A stretch of 64,000 bases of DNA. Origin: an uncultured Actinomycetes bacterium. Lineage in GTDB: Bacteria > Actinomycetota > Thermoleophilia > Gaiellales > JAICJC01. Below, in pieces: positions 57,211-64,000 of the stretch (position 1 is its first letter; each line of letters starts with the position of its first letter). The stretch lies in contig CAWEIZ010000002.1 of NCBI GenBank assembly GCA_963809325.1, positions 807,130 to 871,129 of the forward strand. The letters are read 5' to 3'. The notes under the pieces are model-generated. The model did no database searches and was not told the origin of the DNA. It was given only the letters and a program-made list of their open reading frames with translations. Made by a program: the position numbers and the translations under genes.

Positions 57211-58545
57211 GTGACCCGGACCCTCGTCGCATACGTCTGCACCGCCTGCGGGCACCATGCCCCCAAGTGGCTCGGCCGCTGCCCCGGCTGCGGCGAGTGG
57301 AACACGCTCCAGGAGGGTGCCGCCCGGCCCGCAGCCCGAAACGGCCGTACGCGGCCGGCGGCCGTGGTGCGGCTCGCCGATGTCGACACCGCCGAGGGGC
57401 GGCGCATGCCGACGGGGATCGACGAGCTCGACCGCGTGCTCGGCGGGGGCCTCGTTCCCGGATCGCTCGTCCTGATCGGTGGCGAGCCGGGCGTCGGCAA
57501 GAGCTCGCTCCTGCTCCAGGCGCTCGCCGCGGCCTCCGCCCGCGGCCTGCGCACGCTGCTCGTCTCGGGCGAGGAGTCGCCCGCACAGGTGCGGATGCGT
57601 GCGGGGCGGCTGGGCGATGCCGACGGCGTCCGCATCCTCGCCGAGACCGACCTCGAGGTGGTCGTCGAGACGATCGCCGCGGAGCTCCCCGACGTCTGCG
57701 TGATCGACTCGGTGCAGACGCTCCACACGGCCGATGTCGGGTCGGGGGCGGGATCGGTCGCGCAGGTGCGCGAGGCCGCCGACCGGCTGCTTCGGCTCGC
57801 AAAGTCGCGCGGCGTCGCCATCGTCCTCGTCGGCCACGTCACCAAGGACGGCACCGTCGCCGGCCCGCGCGTGCTCGAGCACCTGGTCGACGCCGTGCTC
57901 CAGTTCGAGGGCGACCGCTACCGGCACCTGCGCGTGCTGCGGGCCGTGAAGAACCGCTTCGGCTCCACCGACGAGATCGGGATCTTCGAGATGACGGGGG
58001 CGGGCCTCGTCCCGGTCGTCGATCCGTCGTCGGCGCTGGCCGAGGACGGCGTTGCCGGGCCCGGTTCCGTGCTCCTGCCGGCGATCGAGGGCAGCCGGCC
58101 GATCCTGCTCGAGGTGCAGGCGCTCGTGGCCCCCTCCGACCTGGCGATGCCCCGCCGCCAGGCGACGGGGTTCGACCGCAACCGCCTCAGCATGATCGCC
58201 GCGGTGCTCGGGCGACACGCCGGCATCGCGCTCGGCTCGTCGGACGTGTTCGTGAACGTGGCCGGAGGCGTGCGCGTCGACGAGCCGGCTGCCGACCTCG
58301 CCGTCGCCCTGGCGATCGTCTCGTCGCACCGCGGCCGGCCAGCCGGCGAGCGACTGGCGTGCTTCGGCGAGATCGGGCTCACCGGCCGCCTGCGCCCCGT
58401 GGGCCACACCGCTCCGCGGCTCGCCGAGGCGGCCAAGCTGGGCGTCACCGAGGTCGTCGCACCCGCCGGCACCTCGGGCCCGGGTTCTCTCACGGTTCGC
58501 TGCGCTGATACCCTGGATGCGGCGATCGGGCTCGCACTGGCCTGA
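57211..58545 (+). CDS. radA: DNA repair protein RadA/Sms
   Basis: CTACG...WLGRCPGCGEW Zn finger, GGEPGVGKS, KNRFG, Lon-like C-terminus. Confidence 0.96.
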   Translation: MTRTLVAYVCTACGHHAPKWLGRCPGCGEWNTLQEGAARPAARNGRTRPAAVVRLADVDTAEGRRMPTGIDELDRVLGGGLVPGSLVLIGGEPGVGKSSLLLQALAAASARGLRTLLVSGEESPAQVRMRAGRLGDADGVRILAETDLEVVVETIAAELPDVCVIDSVQTLHTADVGSGAGSVAQVREAADRLLRLAKSRGVAIVLVGHVTKDGTVAGPRVLEHLVDAVLQFEGDRYRHLRVLRAVKNRFGSTDEIGIFEMTGAGLVPVVDPSSALAEDGVAGPGSVLLPAIEGSRPILLEVQALVAPSDLAMPRRQATGFDRNRLSMIAAVLGRHAGIALGSSDVFVNVAGGVRVDEPAADLAVALAIVSSHRGRPAGERLACFGEIGLTGRLRPVGHTAPRLAEAAKLGVTEVVAPAGTSGPGSLTVRCADTLDAAIGLALA

Positions 58546-58549
58546 TCGC

Positions 58550-59653
58550 ATGACCGCCATGAGCGAGCCCCTAGTCGACGTCCGCACGGACCCAAAGATG
58601 CTGGAGGCGCTGCGTCGCATCGCGCCCGGCACGAACATGCGCCAGGGGATCAACGACATCCTCCGCGGCGACCTGGGGGCGCTCATCGTGATCGGCGAGC
58701 CGGCCGAGCTGTCGTTCCTGTTCTCGGGCGGGATCCGGCTCGACCAGTCGTTCTCGCCGTACCTGCTCTACGAGCTGGCGAAGATGGACGGCGCGATCAT
58801 CCTGAACGCGCTGGCGACACGGATCGTCTACGCCAACGTGCAGCTCATGCCCGACCCGACGATCCCGTCGGCCGAGACGGGCACGCGCCACCGCACCGCC
58901 GAGCGCGTCGCCAAGCAGACGGGCGCGCTCGTCGTCTCGATCTCGCAGCAGCGCGACGTCGTGACGCTGTACGTGAGCGACGCCCGCTACCAGCTCGAGG
59001 AGATCTCCGACGTGCTCGCCAAGACGAACCAGGCGGTCACGACCCTCGAGACCTACCGCGTCCGGTTCGATCAGGTGTCGACCCGGCTCACGGCGCTCGA
59101 GTTCCAGGGCGCGGCGATGCTCGACGACGTCCTCGTGGCGCTCCAGCGGGCCGAGATGACGTCGCGCATGCGCTCCGAGATCGAGCGCAACGTGGTCGAG
59201 CTCGGAGTCGAGGGCCGGCTGATCAAGATCCAGCTCGACGAGATGTCGGAGTGGGTACCCGGCGACGAGGTCGCGATGGTGCGCGACTACTGCCTCGACG
59301 AGGTCACGGGCGGCTTTCAGCGCGCTCTCCAGGACCTGCACTCGCTCCCCGACTCGCAGCTGCTCGAGATCGAGTCGCTGGCCGAGCTTCTGGGCTATCC
59401 CCGCACGATTTCGCCCGTCGACCACGCCGTCACGCCGCGCGGGTACCGCGTGCTGTCGAAGGTCCCGCGCCTGCCCGAGAGCGTCGTCGCCCACGTCGTG
59501 GCCCACTTCGGCACCCTGGAGTCGTTCGTCAGGGCGTCACAGGGCGAGCTCGAGGAGGTCGAGGGCGTGGGGGCGGTGCGGGCCCGCGAGATCCGCGAGG
59601 GGCTGCGGCGCCTGCAGGAGCAGAATCTGGTCGATCGTTACCTAAATTTGTAA
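58550..59653 (+). CDS. disA: DNA integrity scanning diadenylate cyclase DisA
   Basis: APGT..RQG, ELAKMDGAI, ETGTRHRTAER, TPRGYRVL, HhH EVEGVG. Confidence 0.95.
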   Translation: MTAMSEPLVDVRTDPKMLEALRRIAPGTNMRQGINDILRGDLGALIVIGEPAELSFLFSGGIRLDQSFSPYLLYELAKMDGAIILNALATRIVYANVQLMPDPTIPSAETGTRHRTAERVAKQTGALVVSISQQRDVVTLYVSDARYQLEEISDVLAKTNQAVTTLETYRVRFDQVSTRLTALEFQGAAMLDDVLVALQRAEMTSRMRSEIERNVVELGVEGRLIKIQLDEMSEWVPGDEVAMVRDYCLDEVTGGFQRALQDLHSLPDSQLLEIESLAELLGYPRTISPVDHAVTPRGYRVLSKVPRLPESVVAHVVAHFGTLESFVRASQGELEEVEGVGAVRAREIREGLRRLQEQNLVDRYLNL

Positions 59654-59678
59654 GATATTCTTCGGCCGACCGGCCGTT

Positions 59679-59752
59679 TTGAAGTAGTTTGTTTGCACGT
59701 GCTACAATATAGATTGATGCTTTCGGCCTCAGACGTCCCCGTCTGATAGAAT
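59679..59752 (+). promoter_or_regulatory. Two candidate SigA-type promoters for carD
   Basis: TTGAAG-N18-TACAAT (extended TGc) at 59679-59708 and TGaTAGAAT at 59744-59752, in an AT-rich patch. Confidence 0.55.
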
Positions 59753-59820
59753 TTTCGCCTCCCGGGGAGTGTGTTTGCAGGCGGTCTCCGGGCATTCCGG
59801 CGAGGAGGTCGAGCAACACC

Positions 59821-60327
59821 TTGTACAAAGTTGGCGAGAAGGTCGTCTACCCGCACCACGGTGCCGGGACGATCGTGAGCAGAGACAGCCGGCAGGTGGG
59901 TGACCAGGAACGCGAGTACCTGACCATCAAGATCCTGCACAACGACATGACCGTCACGATCCCGCTGGACAGCGCCGACCGTGTCGGTCTGCGCAAGGTG
60001 ATCCAGGAGGAGACCGTCGATCAGGTGATCGAGGTGCTCCAGGGTGACGGCACGAAGATGCCCAAGAACTGGAATCGGCGGTTCAAGCACAACCGGGACA
60101 AGATGAAGACCGGCGACATCTTCGAGATGGCCGAGGTGGTGCGGAACCTCGCCCAGCGCGACCAGGAGAAGGGGTTGTCGACCGGCGAGAAGCAGATGTT
60201 CTCGAAGGCCAAGCGCATCCTCGCGTCCGAGCTCATGTACGCCAAGAACATGGACGAGGACGAGGCGCGCGAGTTCCTGGAGGAGGTGCTCGAGGAGATC
60301 GGCGAGGCGCGCCGGGCCCGCGCGTAG
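59821..60327 (+). CDS. carD: CarD family RNA polymerase-binding regulator
   Basis: YKVGEKVVYPHHGAG, KNWNRRFK, LSTGEKQMF, LASEL; GAGGAGG RBS. Confidence 0.93.
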   Translation: MYKVGEKVVYPHHGAGTIVSRDSRQVGDQEREYLTIKILHNDMTVTIPLDSADRVGLRKVIQEETVDQVIEVLQGDGTKMPKNWNRRFKHNRDKMKTGDIFEMAEVVRNLAQRDQEKGLSTGEKQMFSKAKRILASELMYAKNMDEDEAREFLEEVLEEIGEARRARA

Positions 60328-60415
60328 CCAAGACTTTTCACACCCCGGCGCCGGAGGCCGCGAGGCCCAACCGGAGGGCCGGGCAAAGACGAACGTTCCG
60401 AGGAAGGAGCGGACG

Positions 60416-61477
60416 ATGGTGGTGTCAACCCGAATCGTCTTGTCCCTCTTGGGAGTTCTCGGTGCCATCCAGGCGGGGTTGTCTTCCGACTTCCTTGACC
60501 GATATTCGGCCTCATACGCCTACCCCGCCTTTGGAGTCATCGTCTTCCTGGCCTTCGCCGTCGGCTGGATGATCGGCGGGCTGGTCGGACAGGGACTGGT
60601 ACGGGGATTCAAGAGGGTCGAGCGTGCTGCGCAGACCCGGAGTGCCGGAGAGCTCACCGTGGCCGCGATCGGCCTGCTCGTGGGCCTCCTGGTCTCGGCG
60701 CTTCTGTGGTTTCCGGTGCACACCCTGCCGTACATCGGAAACTGGGTCATCCTGCCGCTGTTCCTCGTGGTGGGGTACCTCTTCGCCTACGTGGCCGCCA
60801 AGAAGCACCGCGGCATCCTGCGGCTCGTGGGCGTTCACCAGATCGTCGACCCGAGCATGCCGGGGTCGTCGAACGCCAGTGTCGAGACGCTCGTCGACAC
60901 GAGCGCGATCATCGACGGCCGGATCGCCGACATCGTCCGCACCGGGTTCCTGCGTGGCGAGCTGGTGGTGCCGGAGTTCGTGCTCCGCGAGCTCCAGCAG
61001 GTCGCCGACTCAGGCGACCCGCTCAAGCGGGCCCGCGGCCGGCGCGGGCTCGAGGTCGTGCAGGGCCTGCGCTCGGAGGTCACGGTGGCGACGCCGGAGA
61101 TCGACTTCCCGGAGCTCGCCGACGTCGACGCGAAGCTCCTGAAGCTCGCGAAGCAGCGCGGCCTTCGCATCCTCACGACCGACTACAACCTGAACCGCCT
61201 GGCCCGGATCCAGGACGTCGTCGTCCTGAACGTGAACGAGCTCGCGAACGCGCTCAAGCCGGCGGTGCTCCCGGGCGAGCGGCTCGAGATCCGCCTCATC
61301 CGCGAGGGCAAGGAGGCGGACCAGGGCGTCGGCTATCTCGACGACGGGACGATGGTCGTCGTCGAGGGCGGGCGGCGGCGGGTCGGCGACACCGTCGACG
61401 TGCAGGTGACGTCCGTGCTCCAGTCGCCCTCGGGGAAGATGATCTTCACCCGCATCGGCGACGCCGCGGCCGAATGA
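60416..61477 (+). CDS. PIN/TRAM domain membrane protein (YacL-like)
   Basis: Four TMs; LVDTSAIIDGRI, RARGRRGLE, DVDAKL, TTDYNLNR, GYLDDGTMVVVE. Confidence 0.92.
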   Translation: MVVSTRIVLSLLGVLGAIQAGLSSDFLDRYSASYAYPAFGVIVFLAFAVGWMIGGLVGQGLVRGFKRVERAAQTRSAGELTVAAIGLLVGLLVSALLWFPVHTLPYIGNWVILPLFLVVGYLFAYVAAKKHRGILRLVGVHQIVDPSMPGSSNASVETLVDTSAIIDGRIADIVRTGFLRGELVVPEFVLRELQQVADSGDPLKRARGRRGLEVVQGLRSEVTVATPEIDFPELADVDAKLLKLAKQRGLRILTTDYNLNRLARIQDVVVLNVNELANALKPAVLPGERLEIRLIREGKEADQGVGYLDDGTMVVVEGGRRRVGDTVDVQVTSVLQSPSGKMIFTRIGDAAAE

Positions 61478-62166
61478 CGGCCGAGCTGGTGTGGGCGGTC
61501 GTGGCCGCGGCCGGCGACGGCCGTCGCCTCGGCCATGAGCGCCCGAAGGCGTTCGTCAAGCTGGGCGACCGGCCGCTCCTCGCGCACGCGATCGAGCTGC
61601 TCGAGGGGCACCCGCGCGTCGAGCGGATCGTCATCGTCGTGCCGGAGGGGTGGGAGGAGCCGACGGCCCTTCTCGCCGACGAGCTCGCCGCGGGCAAGGT
61701 GGCGGCGTCCGTCGCCGGCGGGCCGACGCGGGCGCTGTCGGTGGCGGCCGGCCTTCGCGAGGTCGCCGACGCCGCGACCGCAGTTCTGGTGCACGACGCG
61801 GCCCGGCCGTTCGCCTCGGAGGAGCTCGTCGACCGGGTGCTCGCGGGACTGGAAGGGGCCGACGGGGCCGTCCCGGGGATCCCCGTCTCCGACACGGTGA
61901 AGCGGGTGCACGACGGCTCGGTCGCCGAGACGCTCGACCGGTCGGAGCTCCGCGCCGTCCAGACGCCGCAGGCGTTCCGGGCGCAGGCGCTGCGGCGGGC
62001 CTACGCCGGCTCGCCTGACGGCATCTCAGGCGCGACCGACTGCGCGCAGCTCGTCGAGCGGACGGGCGGTCGCGTGGTGGTCGTCGAGGGCGAGGCGGCC
62101 AACGTGAAGATCACCGATGCCGACGACCTGGCCCGCGCCGAGGCCGCCGTCCGGGGAGCGGTATGA
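61474..62166 (+). CDS. ispD: 2-C-methyl-D-erythritol 4-phosphate cytidylyltransferase
   Basis: AAAGDGRRLG..PKAF, GGPTRALSV, VHDAARP, QTPQAF, TDC, NVKIT..DDL. Confidence 0.94.
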   Translation: MTAELVWAVVAAAGDGRRLGHERPKAFVKLGDRPLLAHAIELLEGHPRVERIVIVVPEGWEEPTALLADELAAGKVAASVAGGPTRALSVAAGLREVADAATAVLVHDAARPFASEELVDRVLAGLEGADGAVPGIPVSDTVKRVHDGSVAETLDRSELRAVQTPQAFRAQALRRAYAGSPDGISGATDCAQLVERTGGRVVVVEGEAANVKITDADDLARAEAAVRGAV

Positions 62167-62651
62167 GCGACGAGACACGGGTCGGGATCGGCGTCGACGC
62201 CCACGCCTTCGCCGAGGGCCGGAAGCTGGTGCTGGGCGGCGTCGAGATCGAGCACGATCGCGGCCTGGCCGGCCACTCCGACGCCGACGTCGTCTGCCAC
62301 GCCGCGTGCGACGCGATCCTCGGGGCGGCCGGTCTCGAGGACATCGGCCACCTCTTCCCGCCCGGCGACCCGGCCTACAAGGGGGCGTCGAGCCTCGCGC
62401 TTCTGGGCGAGGCCTGGGAGCGTGTGCGCGCGCTGGGGTGGGAGCTCGTGAACCTCGATGCGGTCGTGATCCTGGAGGAGCCGCGGATCGCTCCGCACAG
62501 GGAGCGGATGCGGACGGCGGTCGCAGGGGCGCTCGGGGCCGAGCCCGGCCGGGTCACCGTTCGCGCCACGACCACCGACGGGCTCGGGTTCACGGGCCGC
62601 GGCGAGGGCGCCGCATGCCATGCCGTTGCGCTTCTTCGGAGGCGAGATTGA
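62163..62651 (+). CDS. ispF: 2-C-methyl-D-erythritol 2,4-cyclodiphosphate synthase
   Basis: GIGVDAHAF, LVLGGV, GHSDADV, DIGHLFP, ATTTDGLGFTGRGEG. Confidence 0.95.
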   Translation: MSDETRVGIGVDAHAFAEGRKLVLGGVEIEHDRGLAGHSDADVVCHAACDAILGAAGLEDIGHLFPPGDPAYKGASSLALLGEAWERVRALGWELVNLDAVVILEEPRIAPHRERMRTAVAGALGAEPGRVTVRATTTDGLGFTGRGEGAACHAVALLRRRD

Positions 62652-63334
62652 GCCCGCCGGCGGTCGTCTCGTTCGATCTCGACGAGACGCTGTGGGAGTT
62701 CATGCCCATGATGGACGGGGCGCTGCAGCGCACCATCGAGCGGCTCGAGGAGCGCATCCCGGCGCTCGCCGGAACGCTGACCGTGGAGGTGCTGCACTCG
62801 TACCGGGCCGCCCTCGCCGGCGTCGCCGGGACGTATGAGGAGCTGCGGATGGAATCGTTTCGCCGCGCCCTCGTTGATCGCGGCGTCGTGGAGGAGGGGC
62901 TGCCGCGCTGGATGGTCGACGTCTGGATGGCCGAGCGGGTCTTCACGGTCGAGCTCCACCCCGATGTCGAGCCGGAGATGGAGCGGCTGGAGAGCGCCGG
63001 ACACGTGCTCGGGGCGATCACGAACGGCAACTTCCCCGTCGAGAAGCTCGAGGTGGCCCGCCGGTTCGCGTTCGTCGTGCACGCCGAGCGCGTGGGCGAG
63101 CTGAAGCCCGCGGCGGCGCCGTTCCTTCACGCCGCGGAGCTGTCGGGCGGCCGGCCGGACCGGTGGGTGCACGTGGGCGACGATCTCGACACCGACGTCG
63201 CCGGGGCCCAGGCGTGCGGGATGAAGGCGGTCTGGATCAACCGCACCGGGCGCGAGCTTCCCGAGGGCTATGCGCCCGACGCGGAGCTGCCCTCGCTCGA
63301 GGGGCTCGCGGCGCTCGTCGCCAGGCTCGTCTGA
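62648..63334 (+). CDS. HAD-family hydrolase (YigB-like)
   Basis: FDLDETL, AITNGN, KP, HVGDDLDTDVAGA..CGM. Confidence 0.9.
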   Translation: MSPPAVVSFDLDETLWEFMPMMDGALQRTIERLEERIPALAGTLTVEVLHSYRAALAGVAGTYEELRMESFRRALVDRGVVEEGLPRWMVDVWMAERVFTVELHPDVEPEMERLESAGHVLGAITNGNFPVEKLEVARRFAFVVHAERVGELKPAAAPFLHAAELSGGRPDRWVHVGDDLDTDVAGAQACGMKAVWINRTGRELPEGYAPDAELPSLEGLAALVARLV

Positions 63335-64000
63335 CCGGGCAGCCGCGCCTCGCCGCCGGATACCTCGGCCAGCCCGTCGCGGACGAGTGAGACGAGCGCC
63401 TCGGCGTCGGCCTCGCTCTCGGGCAGCCGCCCGGCGGCCGCGATCGCGCGCAGCAGCCGCGCGCGCCGCTGCCGGAACGAGCCCTCGAAGCGCGACTGGC
63501 GCCTGAGCGGGGCGTACGTGCGGCCGCGGGACGGGCACCCCGCCGCGAGCGGGCAGACCCCGCAGCGCGGCGTGCGCGCGATGCACACCTCGCGGCCGAG
63601 GTCGAAGAGCGCCTGGTTCCACTCGTAGGCGCGGCCCGCCGGGACGGGCACGTCGATTCCGGGGAATGCCCGCTCGAGGACGCGCAGCGCGTTCGTGTCG
63701 GGCGCCGCGATCTGGGCGCCGAAGGCGAAGCAGGCGACGGCGGCGGCCGTGTACGGCCCGATCCCCGGCAGCTTCCCGAGCGCGGCCGGCTCGGGCGGGA
63801 AGCCGCCGCGAGCGACGACGGCCTGCGCGCACCGGTGCAGGTTGACCGCCCGGCGGTTGTACCCGAGCCCGCTCCACGCCTGGATCACGTCCGCCGGCGT
63901 CGCCGCGGCCAGCGCCTCGACCGTCGGCCAGCGCTCGAGCCACTCGAGGTACCGCGGGACGACGCGGGCGACCTGCGTCTGCTGGAGCATCACCTCGCTG
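63268..64000 (-). CDS. mutY: A/G-specific adenine DNA glycosylase (MutY-like); start lies beyond the window
   Basis: SEVMLQQTQV, WSGLGYNRRA, HhH LPGIGPYTA, PDTN, and Fe-S cluster CIARTPRCGVCPLAAGC. Confidence 0.88.
   Translation of the reverse strand, partial: SEVMLQQTQVARVVPRYLEWLERWPTVEALAAATPADVIQAWSGLGYNRRAVNLHRCAQAVVARGGFPPEPAALGKLPGIGPYTAAAVACFAFGAQIAAPDTNALRVLERAFPGIDVPVPAGRAYEWNQALFDLGREVCIARTPRCGVCPLAAGCPSRGRTYAPLRRQSRFEGSFRQRRARLLRAIAAAGRLPESEADAEALVSLVRDGLAEVSGGEARLPGQTSLATSAASPSSEGSSASGA

Overview
This window is very GC-rich chromosomal DNA from an actinobacterium. Assignment to Thermoleophilia (Gaiella/Solirubrobacter-like) is an inference from gene content (DUF2469, CarD, DisA, ClpC) and composition. 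It is densely coding, with about 70 CDSs. The housekeeping backbone is tilS-hpt-ftsH...folP-folB-folK...coaX...dusB-greA-lysS...clpC-radA-disA-carD-PIN/TRAM-ispD-ispF, with accessory genes interleaved. These include a TPP-riboswitch-controlled thiamine-precursor ABC transporter, ligC, bolA-grxD, a sarcosine-oxidase/amidase/C45/hydantoinase cluster, tandem GAF-GAF-GGDEF cyclases, and several hydrolases and methyltransferases. I found no tRNA, rRNA, CRISPR array, integrase or transposase. Several housekeeping genes between about 25 and 45 kb carry single-base indels (hpt, folK, dusB, greA and others), most likely long-read assembly errors. The most striking unexplained signal is non-coding: five dispersed copies of a 200-380 bp element (2827-3031, 15394-15713, 45221-45419, 49136-49513, 56855-57172). 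It has terminal inverted repeats whose sequence co-varies within each copy, TA flanks that coincide with stop codons, plug-in hairpin cassettes and a fixed-length variable segment. It is a candidate new MITE or structured-RNA family. A second family of 33-bp REP-like palindromes (core GGGGTC[A/T]GACCCC) occurs singly, as an inverted doublet, in a cluster and in-frame inside a CDS. Many genes appear leaderless (TAnnnT 6-8 nt before the start codon). All coordinates and motifs were read by eye; no searches were run.
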